From Auanema rhodensis (Eukaryota > Animalia > Nematoda), in assembly GCA_964057225.1 (NCBI GenBank), contig OZ059894.1, positions 2,852,001 through 2,916,000 on the forward strand: DNA of 64,000 nucleotides. The letters run 5' to 3'. This document shows, in pieces, positions 1 through 12,100 of this stretch. The notes below the pieces were generated by a model. That model saw nothing but the letters and a program-made list of their open reading frames with translations. It was not told the origin of the DNA and searched no databases. Position 1 is the stretch's first letter. Each line of letters opens with the position of its first letter. The position numbers and the translations under genes were made by a program.

Positions 1-150
1 GCACCGAGATATCAACTGATATAAGTTCACACATATATCCTCGATTTTCACCCCGAAGAATTAATTTTTTCGTTGAAAAACATTGTCCATCGTCTTTGCC
101 TTGAAGAAAGGAATCTAAAAACATCTACTTTTTGCTAAATTATTCCGAAA

Positions 151-162
151 TTTTTCGAAAAA
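151..162. other. 12-bp perfect palindrome TTTTTCGAAAAA, one per monomer (lost in the TTTTTTGA variant units)
   Basis: Read directly from the sequence. In majority-type units it is flanked by ATTTTGA/TCAAAAT arms (e.g. 5056-5090). Confidence 0.9.
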
Positions 163-189
163 ATTTTTGTCAAAATGTTTTTGGAAGCA

Positions 190-217
190 ATGTTGAGTGT
201 ACATGGAAACTCAACAT
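190..217. other. Perfect 9-bp inverted repeat with 10-nt spacer (ATGTTGAGT-gtacatggaa-ACTCAACAT), one per monomer
   Basis: 190-198 is the exact reverse complement of 209-217, and the motif recurs every 351 bp. Confidence 0.95.
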
Positions 218-3159
218 ACACCAATGCATCATTTTTCAAACGATCATAACTAATTTTTGTATTGAGCGTTTTTCAATGTAGTAAAGTGCATTCGATGCGG
301 ATTTTCAACCTGCGTCGATCTGTGTTATCAGATTTGCGCTAGCTTAAAAATGCACCGAGATATCAACTGATATAAGTTCACACTTATATCCTCGATTTTC
401 ACCCTGAAGAATTAATTTTTTTGTTGAATAACATTGTCCATCGTCTTTGCCTTGAAAAAAGGAATCTAAAAACATCTACTTTTCGCTAAATTATCTTGAA
501 ATTTTTCGAAAAAATTTTTGTCAAAATGTTTTTGGAAGCAATGTTGAGTGTACATGGAAACTCAACATACACTAATGCATTATTTTTCAAACGATCATAA
601 CTAATTTTTGTATTGAGCGTTTTTCAATGTAGTAAAGTGCATTCGATGCGGATTTTCAACCTGCGTCGATCTGTGTTATCAGATTTGCGCTAGCTTAAAA
701 ATGCACCGAGATATCAACTGATATAAGTTCACACTTATATCCTCGATTTTCACCCTGAAGAATAAATTTTTTTGTTGAATAACATTGTCCATCGTCTTTG
801 CCTTGAAAAAAGGAATCTAAAAACATCTACTTCTTGCTAAATTATCTTGAAATTTTTCGAAAAAATTTTTGTCAAAATGTTTTTGGAAGCAATGTTGAGT
901 GTACATGGAAACTCAACATACACTAATGCATTATTTTTCAAACGATCATAACTAATTTTTGTATTGAGCGTTTTTCAATGTAGTATAGTGCATTCGATGC
1001 GGATTTTCAAGCTGCGTCGATCTGTGTTATCAGATTTGCGCTAGCTTGAAAATGCACCGAGATATCAACTGATATAAGTTCACACTTATATCCTCGATTT
1101 TCACCCTGAAGAATTAATTTTTTCGTTGAATAACATTGTCCATCGTCTTTGCCTTGAAGAAAGGAATCTAAAAACATCTACTTTTTGCTAAATTATTTCG
1201 AAATTTTTCGAAAAAATTTTTGTCAAAATGTTTTTGAAAGCAATGTTGAGTGTACATGGAAACTCAACATACACTAATGCATCATTTTTCAAACGATCAT
1301 AACTAATTTTTGTATTAAGCGTTTTTCAATGTAGTATAGTGCATTCGATGCGGATTTTTAAGCTGCGTCGAGCTGTGTTATCAGATTTGCGCTAGCTTAA
1401 AAATGCACCGAGATATCAACTGATATAAGTTCACACTTATATCCTCGATTTTCACCCTGAAGAATTAATTTTTTTGTTGAATAACATTGTCCATCGTCTT
1501 TGCCTTGAAAAAAGGAATCTAAAAACATCTACTTTTTGCTAAATTATCTTGAAATTTTTCGAAAAAATTTTTGTCAAAATGTTTTTGGAAGCAATGTTGA
1601 GTGTACATGGAAACTCAACATACACTAATGCATTATTTTTCAAACGATCATAACTAATTTTTGTATTGAGCGTTTTTCAATGTAGTATAGTGCATTCGAT
1701 GCGGATTTTCAAGCTGCGTCGATCTGTGTTATCAGATTTGCGCTAGCTTAAAAATGCACCGAGATATCAACTGATATAAGTTCACACTTATATCCTCGAT
1801 TTTCACCCTGAAGAATTAATTTTTTCGTTGAATAACATTGTCCATCGTCTTTGCCTTGAAAAAAGGAATCTAAAAACATCTACTTTTCGCTAAATTATTT
1901 TGAAATTTTTCGAAAAAAATTTTGTCAAAATGTTTTTGGAAGCAATGTTGAGTGTACATGGAAACTCAACATACACTAATGCATCATTTTTCAAACGATC
2001 ATAACTAATTTTTGTATTAAGCGTTTTTCAATGTAGTATAGTGCATTCGATGCGGATTTTTAAGCTGCGTCGAGCTGTGTTATCAGATTTGCGCTAGCTT
2101 AAAAATGCACCGAGATATCAACTGATATAAGTTCACACATATATCCTCGATTTTCACCCCGAAGAATTAATTTTTTCGTTGAAAAACATTGTCCATCGTC
2201 TTTGCCTTGAAGAAAGGAATCTAAAAACATCTACTTTTTGCTAAATTATTCCGAAATTTTTCGAAAAAATTTTTGTCAAAATGTTTTTGGAAGCAATGTT
2301 GAGTGTACATGGAAACTCAACATACACCAATGCATCATTTTTCAAACGATCATAACTAATTTTTGTATTGAGCGTTTTTCAATGTAGTAAAGTGCATTCG
2401 ATGCGGATTTTCAACCTGCGTCGATCTGTGTTATCAGATTTGCGCTAGCTTAAAAATGCACCGAGATATCAACTGATATAAGTTCACACTTATATCCTCG
2501 ATTTTCACCCTGAAGAATTAATTTTTTTGTTGAATAACATTGTCCATCGTCTTTGCCTTGAAAAAAGGAATCTAAAAACATCTACTTTTCGCTAAATTAT
2601 CTTGAAATTTTTCGAAAAAATTTTTGTCAAAATGTTTTTGGAAGCAATGTTGAGTGTACATGGAAACTCAACATACACTAATGCATTATTTTTCAAACGA
2701 TCATAACTAATTTTTGTATTGAGCGTTTTTCAATGTAGTAAAGTGCATTCGATGCGGATTTTCAACCTGCGTCGATCTGTGTTATCAGATTTGCGCTAGC
2801 TTAAAAATGCACCGAGATATCAACTGATATAAGTTCACACTTATATCCTCGATTTTCACCCTGAAGAATAAATTTTTTTGTTGAATAACATTGTCCATCG
2901 TCTTTGCCTTGAAAAAAGGAATCTAAAAACATCTACTTCTTGCTAAATTATCTTGAAATTTTTCGAAAAAATTTTTGTCAAAATGTTTTTGGAAGCAATG
3001 TTGAGTGTACATGGAAACTCAACATACACTAATGCATTATTTTTCAAACGATCATAACTAATTTTTGTATTGAGCGTTTTTCAATGTAGTATAGTGCATT
3101 CGATGCGGATTTTCAAGCTGCGTCGATCTGTGTTATCAGATTTGCGCTAGCTTGAAAAT

Positions 3160-6100
3160 GCACCGAGATATCAACTGATATAAGTTCACACTTATATCCT
3201 CGATTTTCACCCTGAAGAATTAATTTTTTCGTTGAATAACATTGTCCATCGTCTTTGCCTTGAAGAAAGGAATCTAAAAACATCTACTTTTTGCTAAATT
3301 ATTTCGAAATTTTTCGAAAAAATTTTTGTCAAAATGTTTTTGAAAGCAATGTTGAGTGTACATGGAAACTCAACATACACTAATGCATCATTTTTCAAAC
3401 GATCATAACTAATTTTTGTATTAAGCGTTTTTCAATGTAGTATAGTGCATTCGATGCGGATTTTTAAGCTGCGTCGAGCTGTGTTATCAGATTTGCGCTA
3501 GCTTAAAAATGCACCGAGATATCAACTGATATAAGTTCACACTTATATCCTCGATGTTCACCCTGAAGAATTAGTTTTTTCGTTGAATAACATTGTCCAT
3601 CGTCTTTGCCTTAAAAAAAGGAATCTAAAAACATCTACTTTTCGCTAAATTATTTTGAAATTTTTCGAAAAAATTTTTGTCAAAATGTTTTTGGAAGCAA
3701 TGTTGAGTGTACATGGAAACTCAACATACACTAATGCATCATTTTTCAAACGATCATAACTAATTTTTGTATTAAGCGTTTCTCAATGTAGTATAGTGCA
3801 TTCGATGCGGATTTTCAAGCTGCGTCGATCTGTGTTATCAGATTTGCGCTAGCTTAAAAATGCACCGAGATATCAACTGATATAAGTTCACACTTATATC
3901 CTCGATTTTCACCCTGAAGAATTAATTTTTTTGTTGAATAACATTGTCCATCGTCTTTGCCTTGAAAAAAGGAATCTAAAAACATCTACTTTTCGCTAAA
4001 TTATTTTGAAATTTTTCGAAAAAATTTTTGTCAAAATGTTTTTGGAAGCAATGTTGAGTGTACATGGAAACTCAACATACACTAATGCATCATTTTTCAA
4101 ACGATCATAACTAATTTTTGTATTAAGCGTTTCTCAATGTAGTATAGTGCATTCGATGCGGATTTTCAAGCTGCGTCGATCTTTGTTATCAGATTTGCGC
4201 TAGCTTAAAAATGCACCGAGATATCAACTGATATAAGTTCACACATATATCCTCGATTTTCACCCTGAAGAATTAATTTTTTCGTTGAATAACATTGTCC
4301 ATCGTCTTTGCCTTGAAAAAAGGAATCTAAAAACATCTACTTTTTGCTAAATTATTTTGAAATTTTTCGAAAAAATTTTTGTCAAAATGATTTTGGAAGC
4401 AATGTTGAGTGTACATGGAAACTCAACATACACTAATGCATCATTTTTCAAACGATCATAATTAATTTTTGTATTAAACGTTTCTCAATGTAGTATAGTG
4501 CATTCGATGCGGATTTTCAAGCTGCGTCGATCTGTGTTATCAGATTTGCGCTAGCTTAAAAATGCACCGAGATATCAACTGATATAAGTTCACACTTATA
4601 TCCTCGATTTTCACCCCGAAGAAATAATTTTTTCGTTGAAAAACATTGTCCATCGTCTTTGCCTTGAAAAAAGGAATCTAAAAACATCTACTTTTTGCTA
4701 AATTATTTCGAAATTTTTCGAAAAAATTTTTGTCAAAATGTTTTTGGAAGCAATGTTGAGTGTACATGGAAACTCAACATACACTAATGCATCATTTTCC
4801 AAACGATCATAACTAATTTTTGTATTAAGCGTTTTTCAATGTAGTATAGTGCATTCGATGCGGATTTTCAAGTTGCGTCGATCTGTGTTATCAGATTTGC
4901 GCTAGCTTAAAAATGCACCGAGATATCAACTGATATAAGTTCACACTTATATCCTCGATTTTCACCCTGAAGAATTAATTTTTTCGTTGAATAACATTGT
5001 CCATCGTCTTTGCCTTGAAAAAAGGAATCTAAAAACATCTACTTTTCGCTAAATTATTTTGAAATTTTTCGAAAAAATTTTTGTCAAAATGTTTTTGGAA
5101 GCAATGTTGAGTGTACATGGAAACTCAACATACACTAATGCATCATTTTTCAAACGATCATAACTAATTTTTGTATTAAGCGTTTTTCAATGTAGTATAG
5201 TGCATTCGATGCGGATTTTTAAGCTGCGTCGATCTGTGTTATCAGATTTGCGCTAGCTTAAAAATGCACCGATATATCAACTGATATAAGTTCACACTTA
5301 TATCCTCGATTTTCACCCTGAAGAATTAATTTTTTCGTTGAATAACATTGTCCATCGTCTTTGCCTTGAAGAAAGGAATCTAAAAACATCTACTTTTTGC
5401 TAAATTATTTCGAAATTTTTCGAAAAAATTTTTGTCAAAATGTTTTTGGAAGCAATGTTGAGTGTACATGGAAACTCAACATACACTAATGCATCATTTT
5501 TCAAACGATCATAACTAATTTTTGTATTAAGCGTTTTTCAATGTAGTATAGTGCATTCGATGCGGATTTTTAAGCTGCGTCGAGCTGTGTTATCAGATTT
5601 GCGCTAGCTTAAAAATGCACCGAGATATCAACTGATATAAGTTCACACTTATATCCTCGATTTTCACCCTGAAGAATTAATTTTTTCGTTGAATAACATT
5701 GTCCATCGTCTTTGCCTTGAAAGAAGGAATCTAAAAACATCTACTTTTTGCTAAATTATTTTGAAATTTTTCGAAAAAATTTTTGTCAAAATGTTTTTGG
5801 AAGCAATGTTGAGTGTACATGGAAACTCAACATACACTAATGCATCATTTTTCAAACGATCATAACTAATTTTTGTATTAAGCGTTTCTCAATGTAGTAT
5901 AGTGCATTCGATGCGGATTTTCAAGCTGCGTCGATCTTTGTTATCAGATTTGCGCTAGCTTAAAAATGCACCGAGATATCAACTGATATAAGTTCACACA
6001 TATATCCTCGATTTTCACCCTGAAGAATTAATTTTTTCGTTGAATAACATTGTCCATCGTCTTTGCCTTGAAAAAAGGAATCTAAAAACATCTACTTTTT

Positions 6101-9100
6101 GCTAAATTATTTTGAAATTTTTCGAAAAAATTTTTGTCAAAATGATTTTGGAAGCAATGTTGAGTGTACATGGAAACTCAACATACACTAATGCATCATT
6201 TTTCAAACGATCATAATTAATTTTTGTATTAAACGTTTCTCAATGTAGTATAGTGCATTCGATGCGGATTTTCAAGCTGCGTCGATCTGTGTTATCAGAT
6301 TTGCGCTAGCTTAAAAATGCACCGAGATATCAACTGATATAAGTTCACACTTATACTCGATTTTCACCCCGAAGAAATAATTTTTTCGTTGAAAAACATT
6401 GTCCATCGTCTTTGCCTTGAAAAAAGGAATCTAAAAACATCTACTTTTTGCTAAATTATTTCGAAATTTTTCGAAAAAATTTTTGTCAAAATGTTTTTGG
6501 AAGCAATGTTGAGTGTACATGGAAACTCAACATACACTAATGCATCATTTTCCAAACGATCATAACTAATTTTTGTATTAAGCGTTTTTCAATGTAGTAT
6601 AGTGCATTCGATGCGGATTTTCAAGTTGCGTCGATCTGTGTTATCAGATTTGCGCTAGCTTAAAAATGCACCGAGATATCAACTGATATAAGTTCACACT
6701 TATATCCTCGATTTTCACCCTGAAGAATTAATTTTTTCGTTGAATAACATTGTCCATCGTCTTTGCCTTGAAAAAAGGAATCTAAAAACATCTACTTTTC
6801 GCTAAATTATTTTGAAATTTTTCGAAAAAATTTTTGTCAAAATGTTTTTGGAAGCAATGTTGAGTGTACATGGAAACTCAACATACACTAATGCATCATT
6901 TTTCAAACGATCATAACTAATTTTTGTATTAAGCGTTTTTCAATGTAGTATAGTGCATTCGATGCGGATTTTTAAGCTGCGTCGATCTGTGTTATCAGAT
7001 TTGCGCTAGCTTAAAAATGCACCGATATATCAACTGATATAAGTTCACACTTATATCCTCGATTTTCACCCTGAAGAATTAATTTTTTCGTTGAATAACA
7101 TTGTCCATCGTCTTTGCCTTGAAAAAAGGAATCTAAAAACATCTACTTTTTGCTAAATTATTTTGAAATTTTTCGAAAAAATTTTTGTCAAAATGTTTTT
7201 GAAAGCAATGTTGAGTGTACATGGAAACTCAACATACACTAATGCATCATTTTTCAAACGATCATAACTAATTTTTGTATTAAGCGTTTTTCAATGTAGT
7301 ATAGTGCATTCGATGCGGATTTTTAAGCTGCGTCGAGCTGTGTTATCAGATTTGCGCTAGCTTAAAAATGCACCGAGATATCAACTGATATAAGTTCACA
7401 CTTATATCCTCGATTTTCACCCTGAAGAATTAATTTTTTCGTTGAATAACATTGTCCATCGTCTTTGCCTTGAAAGAAGGAATCTAAAAACATCTACTTT
7501 TTGCTAAATTATTTTGAAATTTTTCGAAAAAATTTTTGTCAAAATGTTTTTGAAAGCAATGTTGAGTGTACATGGAAACTCAACATACACTAATGCATCA
7601 TTTTTCAAACGATCATAACTAATTTTTGTATTAAGCGTTTTTCAATGTAGTATAGTGCATTCGATGCGGATTTTTAAGCTGCGTCGAGCTGTGTTATCAG
7701 ATTTGCGCTAGCTTAAAAATGCACCGAGATATCAACTGATATAAGTTCACACTTATATCCTCGATTTTCACCCTGAAGAATTAATTTTTTCGTTGAATAA
7801 CATTGTCCATCGTCTTTGCCTTGAAAAAAGGAATCTAAAAACATCTACTTTTTGCTAAATTATTTTGAAATTTTTCGAAAAAATTTTTGTCAAAATGTTT
7901 TTGGAAGCAATGTTGAGTGTACATGGAAACTCAACATACACTAATGCATCATTTTTCAAACGATCATAATTAATTTTTGTATTAAACGTTTCTCAATGTA
8001 GTATAGTGCATTCGATGCGGATTTTCAAGCTGCGTCGATCTGTGTTATCAGATTTGCGCTAGCTTAAAAATGCACCGAGATATCAACTGATATAAGTTCA
8101 CACTTATATCCTCGATTTTCACCCCGAAGAATTAATTTTTTCGTTGAAAAACATTGTCCATCGTCTTTGCCTTGAAGAAAGGAATCTAAAAACATCTACT
8201 TTTTGCTAAATTATTTCGAAATTTTTCGAAAAAATTTTTGTCAAAATGTTTTTGGAAGCAATGTTGAGTGTACATGGAAACTCAACATACACTAATGCAT
8301 CATTTTTCAAACGATCATAACTAATTTTTGTATTGAGCGTTTTTCAATGTAGTAAAGTGCATTCGATGCGGATTTTCAACCTGCGTCGATCTGTGTTATC
8401 AGATTTGCGCTAGCTTAAAAATGCACCGAGATATCAACTGATATAAGTTCACACTTATATCCTCGATTTTCACCCTGAAGAATTAATTTTTTTGTTGAAT
8501 AACATTGTCCATCGTCTTTGCCTTGAAAAAAGGAATCTAAAAACATCTACTTTTTGCTAAATTATCTTGAAATTTTTCGAAAAAATTTTTGTCAAAATGT
8601 TTTTGGAAGCAATGTTGAGTGTACATGGAAACTCAACATACACTAATGCATTATTTTTCAAACGATCATAACTAATTTTTGTATTAAGCGTTTTTCAATG
8701 TAGTATAGTGCATTCGATGCGGATTTTCAAGCTGCGTCGATCTGTGTTATCAGATTTGCGCTAGCTTGAAAATGCACCGAGATATCAACTGATATAAGTT
8801 CACACTTATATCCTCGATTTTCACCCTGAAGAATTAATTTTTTCGTTGAATAACATTGTCCATCGTCTTTGCCTTGAAGAAAGGAATCTAAAAACATCTA
8901 CTTTTTGCTAAATTATTTCGAAATTTTTCGAAAAAATTTTTGTCAAAATGTTTTTGAAAGCAATGTTGAGTGTACATGGAAACTCAACATACACTAATGC
9001 ATCATTTTTCAAACGATCATAACTAATTTTTGTATTAAGCGTTTTTCAATGTAGTATAGTGCATTCGATGCGGATTTTTAAGCTGCGTCGAGCTGTGTTA

Positions 9101-12100
9101 TCAGATTTGCGCTAGCTTAAAAATGCACCGAGATATCAACTGATATAAGTTCACACTTATATCCTCGATGTTCACCCTGAAGAATTAGTTTTTTCGTTGA
9201 ATAACATTGTCCATCGTCTTTGCCTTAAAAAAAGGAATCTAAAAACATCTACTTTTCGCTAAATTATTTTGAAATTTTTCGAAAAAATTTTTGTCAAAAT
9301 GTTTTTGGAAGCAATGTTGAGTGTACATGGAAACTCAACATACACTAATGCATCATTTTTCAAACGATCATAACTAATTTTTGTATTAAGCGTTTCTCAA
9401 TGTAGTATAGTGCATTCGATGCGGATTTTCAAGCTGCGTCGATCTGTGTTATCAGATTTGCGCTAGCTTAAAAATGCACCGAGATATCAACTGATATAAG
9501 TTCACACTTATATCCTCGATTTTCACCCTGAAGAATTAATTTTTTTGTTGAATAACATTGTCCATCGTCTTTGCCTTGAAAAAAGGAATCTAAAAACATC
9601 TACTTTTCGCTAAATTATTTTGAAATTTTTCGAAAAAATTTTTGTCAAAATGTTTTTGGAAGCAATGTTGAGTGTACATGGAAACTCAACATACACTAAT
9701 GCATCATTTTTCAAACGATCATAACTAATTTTTGTATTAAGCGTTTCTCAATGTAGTATAGTGCATTCGATGCGGATTTTCAAGCTGCGTCGATCTTTGT
9801 TATCAGATTTGCGCTAGCTTAAAAATGCACCGAGATATCAACTGATATAAGTTCACACATATATCCTCGATTTTCACCCTGAAGAATTAATTTTTTCGTT
9901 GAATAACATTGTCCATCGTCTTTGCCTTGAAAAAAGGAATCTAAAAACATCTACTTTTTGCTAAATTATTTTGAAATTTTTCGAAAAAATTTTTGTCAAA
10001 ATGATTTTGGAAGCAATGTTGAGTGTACATGGAAACTCAACATACACTAATGCATCATTTTTCAAACGATCATAATTAATTTTTGTATTAAACGTTTCTC
10101 AATGTAGTATAGTGCATTCGATGCGGATTTTCAAGCTGCGTCGATCTGTGTTATCAGATTTGCGCTAGCTTAAAAATGCACCGAGATATCAACTGATATA
10201 AGTTCACACTTATATCCTCGATTTTCACCCCGAAGAAATAATTTTTTCGTTGAAAAACATTGTCCATCGTCTTTGCCTTGAAAAAAGGAATCTAAAAACA
10301 TCTACTTTTTGCTAAATTATTTCGAAATTTTTCGAAAAAATTTTTGTCAAAATGTTTTTGGAAGCAATGTTGAGTGTACATGGAAACTCAACATACACTA
10401 ATGCATCATTTTCCAAACGATCATAACTAATTTTTGTATTAAGCGTTTTTCAATGTAGTATAGTGCATTCGATGCGGATTTTCAAGTTGCGTCGATCTGT
10501 GTTATCAGATTTGCGCTAGCTTAAAAATGCACCGAGATATCAACTGATATAAGTTCACACTTATATCCTCGATTTTCACCCTGAAGAATTAATTTTTTCG
10601 TTGAATAACATTGTCCATCGTCTTTGCCTTGAAAAAAGGAATCTAAAAACATCTACTTTTCGCTAAATTATTTTGAAATTTTTCGAAAAAATTTTTGTCA
10701 AAATGTTTTTGGAAGCAATGTTGAGTGTACATGGAAACTCAACATACACTAATGCATCATTTTTCAAACGATCATAACTAATTTTTGTATTAAGCGTTTT
10801 TCAATGTAGTATAGTGCATTCGATGCGGATTTTTAAGCTGCGTCGATCTGTGTTATCAGATTTGCGCTAGCTTAAAAATGCACCGATATATCAACTGATA
10901 TAAGTTCACACTTATATCCTCGATTTTCACCCTGAAGAATTAATTTTTTCGTTGAATAACATTGTCCATCGTCTTTGCCTTGAAAAAAGGAATCTAAAAA
11001 CATCTACTTTTTGCTAAATTATTTTGAAATTTTTCGAAAAAATTTTTGTCAAAATGTTTTTGAAAGCAATGTTGAGTGTACATGGAAACTCAACATACAC
11101 TAATGCATCATTTTTCAAACGATCATAACTAATTTTTGTATTAAGCGTTTTTCAATGTAGTATAGTGCATTCGATGCGGATTTTTAAGCTGCGTCGAGCT
11201 GTGTTATCAGATTTGCGCTAGCTTAAAAATGCACCGAGATATCAACTGATATAAGTTCACACTTATATCCTCGATTTTCACCCTGAAGAATTAATTTTTT
11301 CGTTGAATAACATTGTCCATCGTCTTTGCCTTGAAAGAAGGAATCTAAAAACATCTACTTTTTGCTAAATTATTTTGAAATTTTTCGAAAAAATTTTTGT
11401 CAAAATGTTTTTGGAAGCAATGTTGAGTGTACATGGAAACTCAACATACACTAATGCATCATTTTTCAAACGATCATAACTAATTTTTGTATTAAGCGTT
11501 TCTCAATGTAGTATAGTGCATTCGATGCGGATTTTCAAGCTGCGTCGATCTTTGTTATCAGATTTGCGCTAGCTTAAAAATGCACCGAGATATCAACTGA
11601 TATAAGTTCACACATATATCCTCGATTTTCACCCTGAAGAATTAATTTTTTCGTTGAATAACATTGTCCATCGTCTTTGCCTTGAAAAAAGGAATCTAAA
11701 AACATCTACTTTTTGCTAAATTATTTTGAAATTTTTCGAAAAAATTTTTGTCAAAATGATTTTGGAAGCAATGTTGAGTGTACATGGAAACTCAACATAC
11801 ACTAATGCATCATTTTTCAAACGATCATAATTAATTTTTGTATTAAACGTTTCTCAATGTAGTATAGTGCATTCGATGCGGATTTTCAAGCTGCGTCGAT
11901 CTGTGTTATCAGATTTGCGCTAGCTTAAAAATGCACCGAGATATCAACTGATATAAGTTCACACTTATATCCTCGATTTTCACCCCGAAGAAATAATTTT
12001 TTCGTTGAAAAACATTGTCCATCGTCTTTGCCTTGAAAAAAGGAATCTAAAAACATCTACTTTTTGCTAAATTATTTCGAAATTTTTCGAAAAAATTTTT

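Larger units (their letters stand above)
1..351 (+). repeat. Representative monomer (unit 1; phase is arbitrary)
   Basis: The next GCACCGAGAT starts at 352. Hand count gives 116/351 G+C, with many A/T tracts. Sites per unit include EcoRV GATATC (8-13), BsrGI TGTACA (198-203), NsiI ATGCAT (224-229) and NheI GCTAGC (338-343). Confidence 0.97.
1..3510. repeat. Local higher-order repeat with 6-monomer (2106-bp) offset: units 1-4 = units 7-10
   Basis: Private variant sets recur at +2106: unit 1 (TATTCCGA, ACACCAAT, CAACCT) at 1 and 2107, and unit 3 (GAATAAA, CTTCTTGC, GCTTGAAAA) at 703 and 2809. Confidence 0.9.

Noticed and set aside
68-84. CENP-B box-like motif (TTTCGTTGAA...)
   Set aside because: It matches the TTCG....A half of NTTCGNNNNANNCGGGN but lacks CGGG (5 of 9 essential bases), so it is not a functional box by the known consensus.
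44-265. Monomer as an ancient dimer of ~175-bp subunits (ATTTTCA...TAATTTTT at ~44-70 and ~231-258)
   Set aside because: The similarity is limited to short low-complexity A/T motifs at an offset of ~189 bp. It is not convincing without a self-alignment significance test.
1-351. Tandem RNA gene unit (5S rRNA, tRNA, snRNA, spliced leader)
   Set aside because: I recognise no 5S, tRNA cloverleaf/A-B box, snRNA or SL sequence on either strand. This was not confirmed by an Rfam search.
1-351. Assignment to a named ~350-360-bp satellite (e.g. Drosophila 1.688/359-bp or beetle satellites)
   Set aside because: Only length and AT richness are similar. I cannot see diagnostic sequence identity, so no family or species is claimed.
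404-460. Hammerhead ribozyme (CTGAAGA matches the CUGANGA core; some satellites encode hammerheads)
   Set aside because: No stem II can form between CUGAAGA and a downstream GAAA, and stems I/III are not evident. The minus strand offers only CUGAUAA. An Infernal search with Rfam hammerhead models would be the formal test.
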